NCBI GenBank assembly: GCA_003427395.1
Contig: BFEA01000033.1
Span: 2,521,549 to 2,585,548, forward strand
Reading direction: 5' to 3'
DNA length: 64,000 nucleotides
Source: Chara braunii
Lineage: Eukaryota > Plantae > Charophyceae
Below are positions 1-11,830 of the stretch, in pieces (position 1 is the first letter of the stretch; every line of letters starts with the position of its first letter). The notes under the pieces are model-generated. The model made no database searches, was not told the origin of the DNA, and saw only the letters and a program-made list of their open reading frames with translations. Made by a program: the position numbers and the translations under genes.

Positions 1-77
<77 letters not shown>
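1..77. repeat. (CT)n microsatellite, one of many GA/CT, CA and TA microsatellites in the window
   Basis: Directly visible. Similar runs at about 310-363, 14015-14275, 16860-16916, 21081-21192, 27474-28000, 32609-32715, 38645-38711 and 55270-55336. Confidence 0.98.
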
Positions 78-81
<4 letters not shown>

Positions 82-304
82 ACATTCTTTATTTTTTGTG
101 TATCTATTACTCTCACCTCCTCCCTCCAGCGAATACGTTGCAAAACAATCGATGGCAATTTTTATTAACTATTGTATTCCATTGTTATATGAATTTTTTT
201 AAAGAACTGCACATGTTCAAAATTATATAACGTCGCCTGTTGCGACGTACATATAACCAAACTGTGGTTGGCGCCTACTGACAAAATTTGTGGAAGTAGT
301 GAGC

Positions 305-366
<62 letters not shown>

Positions 367-570
367 ATATATCTCCAGATGTCAATAATGGTCAAAATCG
401 GACACAAAAGAAAGTCAGGCGAAGAGTGTGATGTAACGCCGGATCCGTTTGTTTTGTTCGGAGACAAAAAAGAGAAATTGGTTTTCATGGGAGAGAACTG
501 GGGTGAAATAGTAGAGAAGCAACAATAACATATAGATAGGCTCACGTACGAGGTACGTAAGCATAATCAC

Positions 571-1425
571 TTGGTTAGACGGATGTCAGACGACGTGGGA
601 CGTCTTAAATCATTACACGCCAAAATGATAAAAATTGCAGAACACAGGATGTTCACCATATTCTGGTTGTTACTGCCCGATCCCAAGTGTTTAGACATTG
701 CTCGTCTAACGGAGGATATGACCGGCAGACTGAAAGCAATAGTTGAAACGAAGACAATTACGTTTGACGAGTACCAGATATGGTTGGAAGGTGAAAGGCA
801 TAGGCGCAACGCAGTGTTGAATCGCTTCGCTGCCCACATCGCTAGTACAACTGATAGAGAATCACGTGAATGAGATATAGCGTATTGTTCTAGCACTGAC
901 AAGTATGTGCTCAAGGAAGGGTGGGCATCTTATGATAGTCAGGAACATAATACGGGTTTGTTGGCTGCCTCGTCACAAAGCGTTGTCGACCTCTTGACCT
1001 TTGCAGACAACTATATTCGCCACTGTAAGGAAAACATAGACCGATACTCCACTTACGGTCCCTACAATAAGGGTGATCACCTTCCACTAAATATAAGGTC
1101 TCTGCTAAACAGTTGTACGGACGTCATGGATACCCTGCAATACACACGAGGTAGGTTGGTGTCAGGAGAATTGACGGTAAATTGTCAGCACGGTGTTGTG
1201 ATGGAAAGTGCACAAGGTGAACGCATGGAGGCGGATGGAGAACATGACACAGCAAAGCACACCATCACTGTCAGCGCGAACACGGCAGGATCCGGACGAG
1301 GACGACCGACTATTCGTACGATCGTATGCATCTCCATGGTTCTGCTTTGTCAAGTTGAACGGTGTACTACGATTGGTTCAGGACTTGCAGAGGTTAAACG
1401 TCGTGACAGTTTGAGATGCAGGTGA
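571..1425 (+). pseudogene. Decayed ORF of unknown function, probably TE-derived
   Basis: ORFs 571-873 and 907-1425 share a frame and are separated by one TGA. Composition is protein-like, but I recognise no motif. Confidence 0.3.
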
Positions 1426-1546
1426 ACTTCCGCATGCGGATCAGCTGCCAGAATCATGTGTAGGTCGGCCCATCATTGCTCTTATCGATTTGTATTATGG
1501 GTATGATCAAGTCACACCACTTTCAGATTGTGCGTGGATCTATACA

Positions 1547-2030
1547 TAGGGTTGTCTGAAATCGCCTTTCAAATTGTTTACAGATCCATTGCAAATGGTG
1601 AGATTGGGGTACATGAAACCCCATTCAGAAGCTTCAGCCACTTCAGCAGTTTCAGGTCCCCACCTGAAAGTCCTGAAATGACCTGAAATGGCTGAAGCTT
1701 TTGAAAGGGTTTTCAGGTACCCCCATCCAACCATTTGGATGGGGCTACCTGAAACCCCTTTCAGAAGCTTCAGCCACTTCAGCGGTTTCAGGTCCCCACC
1801 TGAAATTCCGAAAATGACATGAAGTGGTTGAAGCTTCTGAAAGGGGTTTCAGGTACCCCCATCCAAATGGTTGGATGGGGGTACCTGAAACCCCTTTCAT
1901 TTCATAAGCTTCGGCCACTTCAGCGGTTTCAGGTCCCCACCTGAAATTCCTGAAATGATCTGAAGTGGTTGTGTCTTGAGGTCATTTCAGCGGTCTCAGA
2001 CCACTTCAGAATCTTTCATTCTGAAATTTC
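1547..2030. repeat. Tandem array of 136-bp palindromic units behind a TAGGGTTGTC (hAT-like) start
   Basis: TGAAACCCC recurs at 1614, 1750 and 1886. Each complete unit has the inverted repeat TGAAACCCCWTTCAGAAGCTTCAGCCACTTCA...TGAAGTGGTTGAAGCTTCTGAAAGGGGTTTCA plus a CCCCATCCAA/TTGGATGGGG hairpin. Confidence 0.85.
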
Positions 2031-2039
2031 AAGTGGTCG

Positions 2040-3803
2040 TTAACTGCGAGTGGTTCGACTTTGAGATCGAACGCATTTCCGAAACTCAGAACCGAGCGGA
2101 CGGCTTGAGCCAGATCGAATGGGATTCTTCCAAGGAACAAGTTGAGGACCCAATATCTGTGGATGGGTTCCTGGTGAAGGATGAGCAACAACTAAGTATC
2201 AATGCTTGGAAATACGTTACTGACGTCTCATCCCGATCCGAGAAGTCCATCTGGAGTGCACCAGGTTTCTATCAAGTGCATCCTGAACTTGTGTTAGGGG
2301 AACCCTTTGTCGAGGAAGATCCATGGGGCAAAAGGACAACTTAGCGGATGATGAGCTTGGCCCTGTTTGACTCACTTTGACTTATGGAAGAGTCTCTTAT
2401 GATCGAAGGAGGGCATGAGCAAGGCAAAAAAGTCCTTAAGATCTTTGGAGGGATGTCAATCTGTGTAAATTCGTTGATCCATAAGGACCGTTGCATGTTA
2501 TTATTCGAGGGAGGAGAAGGCAGTGAGGTCAAGGAAGCATTCCGTAAGGAAGAGTATGATAGAGTTTACAAGAGGATGGGATTACGGTTAAATGTGGATA
2601 TGAAAGAAGACGAGATAGAGCCATAAATCCGTGCGAAGGAAAAAAATTCATTGTTTGACACCACCACCTCTTCAAGAAATTCGATTATGACATCCTGAAG
2701 AGAGTGGTGTGTGAGGTTGTTATACAGATCGACGTGATTGCAGCCTTGCACGATGGAGTGGCAAGTGGGCACGAATCCACGTGTGTTACATTGGACAAAA
2801 AAAAATCAGCATTTGTACTTCTAGGACGGGATGGGCCGAATGATCACTGATTTTTCCAACTTTTGCGTCCCTTGTCAGAAGCGTTCGAATCTTCAATACA
2901 CTGAATCACTTAATTCATGATACATGGTTGAGGTTGGTGCAGTTATACACCTAGACTTGGTGGTTACGCCGCCCAGACTTAATGAGTGCAGATATATCTT
3001 CCACGCAAGAGATAACCTGATCAGTTTCATTGACAATGTGTAATCCATGAGCGAACTGAGAAGGTTTTCACAAAAAATATCAAAAAGTTTTTTCTTCGGT
3101 ACCCATTTGTTCGGGAGTTTGTGATGGATCGGGGCGGAGAGTTTAGAGCAAAGGAGGTGCAGGTCGTTGTGAGGAAGTTTGGGATGAACTACAACTATAC
3201 TACGAAGGCGCACCCCCAAGCTAACGTGTCGGTTGAACGTGGACATGCCACTCTGACCAACTTGCTGGCCAAATGGTGTGCAGGCAAGTCATCGAGGTGG
3301 CCAATTTATTTGAGGGCAACCATGTTCGTCGAGAACATAACTATAAAGCGGACTAGGGGGTATACTCCTGCTACGTTATGGTTTGGTCGACATGCGACAT
3401 TCCCAATTGAGAGTTTCTTGACTATTTGTCGTAAGCAGGATATGAAAACCACACTTTCCACATAGGAACTGCTTGACCTTAGGATCGGGCAAATAATGAC
3501 CACAAAGGAAAGAGTTGAAGAGGTCGTTGCCTCAACCGCTGATAGCAGGCAAGCAGACAAAATCAGATGGAATGAATGGTCTCGTGTCCAGAAGGAACGA
3601 TTAGAAGTTTGTGACATTGTTCTCCTGTATGATTCTTTTATCGAAAAGCAATGGTCGGAAAAATTGGATAGTCGATGGATGGGGTCGTATCAAATTATTA
3701 CGAAAATAGAGCATGGAGCATACGAGATTGAGAAGATGGATGGGGTCGTTGACATAATTGGGTTCCTGGCTCACACTTGAGGAAATTTATTCCCAGAGGT
3801 TGA
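2040..3803 (+). mobile_element. Ty3/Gypsy pol remnant (integrase zinc finger, core and C-terminus), frameshifted
   Basis: LHDGVASGH...FCVPCQK (H2C2 zinc finger); IHLDL; MDRGGEF...HPQANVSVERGH (DDE core); GYTPATLWFGR; KLDSRWMGSY (GPY/F-like); ends GSHLRKFIPRG with TGA at 3801-3803. Confidence 0.9.
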
Positions 3804-4276
3804 TGTGTATGAGACTTCACAAATTCACTGAGGGATGTCCTTACTTTTTCATGCGAACCTTGATACCACTAGCTGATTTGATTTGAGAACAGATAACAAA
3901 CATTAACTTGGAAAACAATTGTATTCCTTTCATAATATTGAGAAAACTTTTTGATTAGTCAGAAACCATGTTCTTTATGGTCCAAATGTATTATAATAGG
4001 TTGCAACATAATGAGTTGGGATGATGAATTTCATTGAGGTCATTTTTTTAAAGTCAATATTGTCAATCTCGGCTTTGGTGATTGACATCTATAATAATAA
4101 TTTGTGTAAATTAAAAAAAAAAAAAAACAATTTTTTGGGCGTCTATTCTTGTCGAATATCTTTGCTTTTCTGATAACCATATATTTTGAGTGCATCTCTT
4201 TTATGGATGGCTAACCTGGATTACGGGGCAATTTGTGTAAAGTTTTTGTGGTTCGATGTGATTAAATTTTGGATAT

Positions 4277-4360
4277 ATGGCCCTTGTGTGAGTATAACAT
4301 GCATAAATGATATGACCCTTGTGTGAGTATAACACGCATAAATCGAGAAATGACAAAAAT
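4277..4360 (+). pseudogene. U6: U6 snRNA 3' segment, internally tandem-duplicated and degenerate
   Basis: ACACGCATAAATCGAGAAATG matches the plant U6 3' region as I recall it. It is preceded by two ATGRCCCTTGTGTGAGTATAAC copies resembling ATGGCCCCTGCGCAAGGATGAC. Confidence 0.75.
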
Positions 4361-5419
4361 AACATTTCGAGTTCATTAGGATTCGAACTTGGGTGTATGT
4401 TTCGGCAACCCGTAAATGCGCCACGAGAATGAGGAGGTGTCAACCAAGTCAGGAAAAAATAAAAAATAAAAAATAGTAATAATAATAATAATAAAGGATC
4501 AAAAGGAAACGTGTCGTCTCGCTCGTGGCAATGGAGTTGGGAGTAGTACCTCCTAACAAATTATCAGGCGCCCGTTTAACGGACATCAGTTTGTTTCTTT
4601 AGATTGTTTTTTTTTTTTTGTGTTTGCTCAGTCCCCCATTTCTCGTGAAAACGAGATGGCAAGGAGTTTCGTTTCTCGTTTCTACTTTTTTTTACTTTTG
4701 TTTCACTTTTTTTCTCCCTTTTCCGAAGGCGACGAGGTTTGAGGCGTAGCGCGTGAGGCATGTCGCGTCTAATAGCATCGGGATTCGAACTTGAGTCGGT
4801 ACATCGATAGTTCATGAGATGCCCTGCCTCGTTAGCAGGGTTAGTGGCAGTTTTTTTTTTTTTTTTCTGCAAAAAAAAAAAATCCTTTTTTTTCGTTTTT
4901 TTTTTCATCTCGTTTTTTCGGGAGTGGGGAAAAACGAGGTCGTCGACAACCAGCTCTGAGGGGAGAGTGTTTGTGCGGCCCTGGGATTTGAACCCAGAGC
5001 TTACCTTGCCTCACACAGAACTTAGGGTAAAAAAAAGGAGATTAAATTTTTGTTTCTTTCTTTTTCCTTCGTTTTTCTTTTTATATGAACCTGACCACTG
5101 TCGGGGTCAGGTCCTCATGTTGTTTGTTGCATCTAATGTAGCAAACCAGCCAGGAAGTTGGCCCTAAATGTGGTCAGGATTAGGAAAAGGTGCATTTTTT
5201 AGGCTTGGTTTCAGCGATAGCAAAATAACAAAGGATAGGTTGGGTACAACCTCCCTTGGTGCACTAACTTCAGGAGAAGAGTCAGATCCTTTTACTAATA
5301 GATGGACCTAGCCTTCAAAAGGTTGGTACGTGCCCATGATCTCAATTGGAGATTAAGGGCCCATCCTGAGCTCGGATTTTTGGATGAGGGCTCGAGTTGC
5401 TACCACCACCTCTCATGAC

Positions 5420-5426
5420 TATAAAA
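5420..5426 (+). promoter_or_regulatory. Candidate TATA box of LTR copy A
   Basis: TATAAAA at the end of a block (GAGATTAAGGGCCCA...CCTCTCATGACTATAAAA) conserved with 45490-45569. Confidence 0.5.
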
Positions 5427-5524
5427 GCAACCCATTGCCTCAACCTTCTCAAAGTTATAAGACAATGATTCTGCCCATTTGCTATAAGGCAGATGCTGCA
5501 TCAGCTGAGGGGAGATGTTGTTGG

Positions 5525-5710
5525 AGACTGCAGGAAGTGAGGGGAGATGCTGGCGGAGCAACAGGTGGACTACAGGAAGTAAGGGGAGATGCTGAAGGAG
5601 CAACTGGTGGATTACAGGAAGTGAGGGGAGATGCTGGAAGAGCAACTGGTGGACTAGAGGAAATGAGGGGAGATGCTAGAGGAAGTGCTGGTCTGCAGGA
5701 AGTGAGGAGG
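5525..5710 (+). repeat. About 42-bp tandem repeat, 4-5 diverged copies
   Basis: GGACTRCAGGAAGTGAGGGGAGATGCTGGMGGAGCAACWGGT units; reads GGLQEVRGDAGGAT in ORF 5384-5809. Confidence 0.85.
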
Positions 5711-7805
5711 GGTGTTGCTATTGGCTATAGAGGTCTGCAGGTAGGGAAAGGGGTGTTGCTAAAAGAGAAGGAGGCTATGGTGATTAGTAGAGAGGAAGGT
5801 ATTAACTAGGTGGAAGAGAGGGAGTTCCCTCTACTAATGACAGAGTACTATGTGTGAGTCTACTTGGAAGGGGGAGGAAGACTAAGAAGAAAGGTGGTGA
5901 GAGAGAAGAGAGTTGAGGAAGTAGAACATACACAGTTCAACTTTATTTGAGGGAGAGTTCTCCTCTATTCAAGAGAAGAGAGTTAGAAAGAGAGAACTCA
6001 TGAGGGTGGAAGAAGAGGTTGGAGGGAAGATTGTAGAGAAGTTAGGGGAAGAAGAAGAGAGTTAACCTAATGAGGGAAGTAAGAGAGAAGGAGAAGTGAA
6101 GGAGGTTAAGAAAAACGGGGGGGGGGGGGGGGGGAACAAGGGTGTTATATTTGAAGAAGGAAAAAAACACAGGTGTTCTGAGGGGATAAATTTAATTTTT
6201 AAAAGAAGAAGATTGAAAAAAAAGGAAAAGAAAAGTTAAAGAACTGGAGTAAAATTGGTTGGTGGAGTTTGGAGAAGAAGAAAGAAAGAAAGTTGCTTCC
6301 CATAGCCAACCTCAAAAGTGGTTGCAGCAAGGGTAAGTGAGGTGTCTCGTAGAGGTGAAGGAAGTGAAAGGGGGAGGTTGCAACTAAAGTTGCAAGGATT
6401 GAAGAAAGAGATTGAGGAGAAAGGGAAGTAGAAGCCATAGTCAGGAGCTTCCACGACACCGTGGCGGTTGACGTGAGGGAGAAGATTAGAGTTAAGTTTA
6501 ATGTAAATAGGGAGGATTGGTGTTGTAGTGAGGGTCACGACACACAAAAGAATTGAAGAAGGAGAGTTAACAAGTGATCAGCAACCATAGTCGATCAACT
6601 TGATGGTCATAGCCAAAAGTTTGGCCGTGTAGCTGAAGCTTGGACGACCATAGATGAGGGGGGTGGAGATTCTCTAAGTGAGGCAGCAAAGTCGGCAAAT
6701 ACTCAAGGTCAGTTTGACTCGGGATTTTCTCCCCTTCACACCTACATAAACCGACATGTTGCATAACCTTTTTTTTTAATTCGAAAGAAAAAAAAAAGGA
6801 GGGGTTAGAAAGTGGTGCGTAAAGGTGGTTGTGAAGATGGGCGAAAACCTGACTACATGTGGGGGTTGTTTGTTTGTTTTTTTTCCTTTTTTGGACTTGT
6901 GATGACTATGGTGTGTGCAGGTATGTGGAGAGTGAAATGCATGCTTTGAGAAGGAGAAAGTAAACGGTTCGGATGCGTTTCTTTTCTATTTTTTCTCTTC
7001 ATCCGATGCATGATGTATAACTGAAGGGGGGCGCTAGGGGAACCGGAGAAGAAAAGTGTGAAAAGAAAGAGAAGACGAAGGGCATCAAGGAATGTAGTCT
7101 TTGCTCCTAAGGCAATTCGTTATATCATGAATGTCCATCTCCTTTCTAAATTTCCCTGTCAATTTTTATTTTCCCCTTTTCATCTAAGCTCCAAAGTCGT
7201 ACGGGAGGATGAAAGGGACAGTTCCGCTTTGGGCTCAATCATCCCCTCTCTTTAGGAAGCATCTAAGGTGGGGGTTCGTATGCTTTAGGAGTCGGCCTTG
7301 TTATCGACTTGGAGTGGACTCGATTCGTCGGGGGTGGTACTTTGTCGACTCGGTGGCAACGACCCAACCTCTGAGATTCAGGTCTTCGGGCTCGGGGAAG
7401 GGGAAGGAGTATCCACAAAGCACTTCCTATAGGTTTGGGTGCACGACGACACATAATGGGTTGGTCTTCCCCGAGTTTCGGGCGACGTGGGAGTTGATGA
7501 TGTAGTGCCCTTGCGAGTGACCACCTTAGGTGCCACCGTTGGATCAACAAGTTGGAGACATAAAACGTTTCAGCCCACAAGAAGGACTAGTCTTTAACGT
7601 TGATGCACGTAGGTGCCGCAGTCGTGGGTAGGTTCGCGCCATAAGAATCATGAGCCTTGGGTATCATAGGGGGACGTAGTTGACCTTTTTTTTTTTTTTT
7701 TGCGAAAAGGTCAATTTCCAACCTTTGGTTTTACCCTCTTACAAGTGAAGTCGTGCGGATTGTTCACAAACGTCGCGCGAGTCAGCGGTTACTATCTATT
7801 TTGAT

Positions 7806-8780
7806 ATGTGCGAAGAAAGGTTACCGCAATCAGGAGAACTGCGAACCAGTCTGACTAGGGTCGGTCGTTTGATTTATGACCCACCTGTGGCTTTCCCCGA
7901 GCAAGATGTGTCGTGCTTTTGGGGGGGTAGTTTGAGAAATCCCCCACGTAGCAATCTTTTCGCAAGGAGACGACTACAGCACATCAAATGTTTTGATTTC
8001 GCCCCGACCATGAAGGATGGGACCACATGTCTGATAGTGATACGCAACCAAGAATGCGATCCGAACGCAGAAACTGTCTCGGAGATAAGGTGGTTCCTCA
8101 TCAGGTTGCTCCTATATTTTAACAAGCAACATGGTCCGTTTCGACTCCTGGAGCATACCTTACAGATCCGAGCTAACCGGTTCAACTGGTATCAGATCGA
8201 GACTTTCATTCCAACATGACTCGAGGAAAAAGAGCGTAGGTTCTGGGAACTCGTCGGGGACTGACTTGGTGATATCATTGTGGCAGATGGATTTGACCAT
8301 TCCGAGGTACTTGCTGGTACGAGACATGACAAACACAGACAGAGAGACCATATATTGTCTTCGATGGCACACCGACAAAGTGGCTTGGATTCCTCAGCAT
8401 AGTCAGTGACAGGCGGGGTTTCTTTCCGGGGACTCGTGTAGAGATCCGAGTCGATGTGGCATGGTGTCCCGATGAGTTTCACGGTACACATTGTATTTTC
8501 AAAGGGTCAATGACATGACGCAATTCTCTCGGTGATCTTGGGGGTCTACATCACGACCACGGGGAGTCGTCACGGGTTTGTTCAGATATTGGAGACAATG
8601 ACGGCTCGATTGTCCAGGATGAGTAGGCCTTTTCGCGCCGTCATGTGGAGATTGGCCTATCAGGCGGCAATACTTTGTGACACTTGGGAGGTACGCGTAC
8701 AACATGGACAACATGCTAGCTCTACACCGAGTGAGGTGGCGACGGAGCGACCACGTAGGCGGCATTCGAGGTTACCCTGA
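7806..8780 (+). pseudogene. Frameshifted ORF of an unrecognised family inside LTR copy A (domains A and B)
   Basis: RLIYDPPVAFPEQDVSCFWGGSLRNPPRS...HGPFRLLEH...IRANRF and DLTIPRYLLVR...FFPGTR...LYFQRV...SRPFRAVMWRLA align with peptides at 47822-50130. Confidence 0.7.
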
Positions 8781-11210
8781 GGCTTGGGCATCTTAGTCGT
8801 GGCTTCGAGAAGGGTACTTTAAAAGAAAAAAAAATAAATAAAAAAATCACTCATACGTGCAACTGGATGGATAGTATCCGGTTCACCTCAATGATGACTC
8901 TCTCATACTTTGGCATTGAGGGGTAAACGATGAACAAGCGACGTGGTTTTTCCATGCATTCGGGCCAACTTCCCATGGACCCAAGGGTGCTTATTGGATT
9001 TTTAGTTGGACGGCGAAGTCTGACTCGGAGGCAATTGCCAAAGTCAAGCCCTTTGAATTATCTAAAGAGTTTCGTAGGTGCGGCCTCGCCCCTCGTATGG
9101 ATAACGATCCGCCGTCGTTGATGGTTGTGAACTACTTACAACCCTCATGCACAGGGTGCAGAAGAGGGTAGGTTATGTGGCCGCCGCGATCCTTTTTGAA
9201 AGTTAGGAGGTTGCCCTCTTAACGTCCCCAACAGTTAGCACTTGAACGTTAGAAGAAGCACGCTTGCGGGGCTATACAACTTGTCGTTTTTCCGATTCTC
9301 AGAGTTACCCATGGTCATTTATATCGATAGGCCCATGTTGCCATGCACTCATATTGGGAATCCCGCGGGGCGCTCACTCGCTCAAACCCGACCCAGTTAT
9401 GGGTCAGGCGAAAACAGGGATACTCTCACGAAGGATCAATTCGGCCTTGAATGCATTTCCCCAACGAGTCGATAAGGCTACCCATACATCAAGTGTTAAA
9501 TTTACTTTTCTCTAAGTCTTTCGTCGACAGGAGGTCGTCATCATAGACGAGAAGGTACTTAAGCCTCTCTAGGCCGCTCGAAAGACAGAGAAAAAAACTT
9601 GGTGAATTACTCCGGTGAGCTAAAGATTGTTCAGGGCCGGTTTCCGAGTCGGTTGGTGTTTTTTTGTCAGCACCGCCCGAGATGATTAAATTTGGAGAAT
9701 GTTGATTTTTTTTGCATGTGTGAGAAATGTAGAAGAGACTAGGATTTTGGGCGGTTTCACACTTCGTTGAGACCGTCCTATGCGCTAGGATTTTCGGGGG
9801 GGTTCACACTTGGTTGAGACCGTCCTAGTTGACCGGCGTCCACTCGTACTTAGGAGATCAATGTTCTAGGAAATTGACGACGTTCGGGTTCAGACTGCGT
9901 TTTAACCACGTTTGCCTATACTGCAACCAACGAGCAAACGCCCTCAGTTGACCTACCTCTGCAAATTACATATAAGCGTTTTCGCACGTGGGTAAGTAGT
10001 TGGGTAGGGATACGCCTTTAAAGGTGGTGACAACGCCTTAGGGAAGGCAAGTTGTGCCTCATGGAAACCTATCATGTTGGAGGGCACCACGAGAGGTACG
10101 GTTAGGGCGGCGAGGTGGCAATGTGACTGTGTCCGTTTCGGCGGCTCCTGGGAATTGTCTATGCGTTGGCCCCATGTTGTCTCCATTTTTTTTTTTAACT
10201 CTTCTGCGGCATAGTCGGGAGGGTTCCTTCTTTCTGTGAAAAAAATGGAGTTGATGCGCCTTATAACGTACATATTATTTAAATAGAACATACGTGCATA
10301 CTATTTCAACGTACGTACTATTTGGATTTTTTTTTTTTACTTTAAGAAATTTGATTTTTCCAAGGAAAATTGAATAGTACATACATGTGTTTTGTTTGGG
10401 GGAATATTGTAATTGATGTTCAACATAGATTAATTTTTTTTCATTTTTCTTAAAACTATGGGATTGATCATGCACAAAAGCTCATAGTATTAATTACGGT
10501 GATGAGGACGATAACTTTTTTTTTTTTTTTTTTCTAAATCGGAATCCTTTATCTTAGCAAATAGAAAACTGGTTGAAGTTGGGTTAGAGATTCAATGTAA
10601 TAATCATAGTTAACTTTATCTTCTTGAAATGTGATTTTAAGTGAAAATTTTTCAACTCGAACAAAAACTTTCATCAGATAGCACAACCTTTTGAAATCCT
10701 CAAGTGAGGTTTTACACAGAATAATTTTTTCAGCACCAGGTTTACCAATAAGATAAAGGTTGACTCTAACTCAAGGTAAAAAACCAACATCATTCCTAAT
10801 ACGAGACCAATCCTGCTCACCGTAAACCTTTTGAGCATATATTTATAAATTATTAGAAAATGTTATTCTTTATCAAGCAATATCAATCCCGTTTTTAACG
10901 AAATAGTTCAAAACAAAATTGTAATATACACTATAATTTTCAAACCAAAGTGGAGTCAACCCCACATGCAGCAACTCTCTTAGAATACAGGTTTCATGTA
11001 AACCTAACAAAACGACATAACCCAACATTTTGTATAAAATAAAAACGTTTGAGTCAAACTTTTATATCTGACAAAAAACGTTTTTAACCATTTATTGAGA
11101 TATAGGGCAAAAAAATGTGCAAAAAGTCAAACATTGTCGAGCAAATGGGTTCCCATTTTTCTCGCAAAATTTGAGAGCCCTCCCTGTCATGTCACGTAGA
11201 TCTTATTGCA

Positions 11211-11830
11211 ATGGGGAGATTGCTCAGGCAGGAAAAAGGGGTGCCCATGGAGAAAAGTAGCAGCCCACCCATGGCCTGTTTATTATGTATTTTTAACGAG
11301 GCAACATTTCTCGGCTCACTAGGGAAGGACAGGGCACTAATCCAGGGGGTTCGACTCGTCGACAACCTGTCGGTCTTTGTCTGGGAAGGGCCGACGAGGA
11401 AAGGGAGGGAGAGAGCGGAAGGTGTAATGAGGAAAGTAATGATAGAAACCTGCAGCTCAAAAGGACGGATGGGGGGAGGGAACCTGGACGTTCCTGGGCT
11501 GTGAGTTAAGAATTAGAAAGGAACCAAACAAAGTCGAGATTCGGTATAAAGGGAAAAACGAGGAGGACGTTTGGTCGGAAAGGTATACGTACCGGTCAAT
11601 GCAGAGCTTCGAGTCGTATTCGGATAAAAGGCAGAAAAATGGGTAATCAGTAGCGCTTTGGCACGGATTCGGGCCTGCACGACGACAGCCGAACTAGCGG
11701 AAATGCCCCTGTTGTCGTTAAGTAGGGAACTGAGGCTTCTTAGGTACCCCAGTGAATTTTTCAAGGGGACCTTGGGACGGTTCGTGGGACGGAAGGCACC
11801 AGAGTGGGAAAGGTTCAGGGAGATAGGCTA
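11211..11830 (+). mobile_element. Penelope-like element reverse transcriptase fragment (C-terminal palm and thumb), decayed
   Basis: RQEKGVPMEKSSSPPMACL resembles QxxGxxMGxxxSPxxA; RLVDNL resembles RYVDD; a downstream frame gives ALARIRACTT...LSRELRLLRYP, like a PLE thumb. Confidence 0.7.

Larger units (their letters stand above)
3804..10265 (+). mobile_element. Putative giant 3' LTR (copy A, about 6.5 kb) of the adjacent Gypsy element
   Basis: Starts within a few bp of the integrase stop. Collinear homology to 43413-51200 in many blocks. Ends ...GATGCGCCTTATA, which aligns with ...GATGCGCTCGACA of copy B. Termini look like a decayed TG...CA. Confidence 0.65.
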
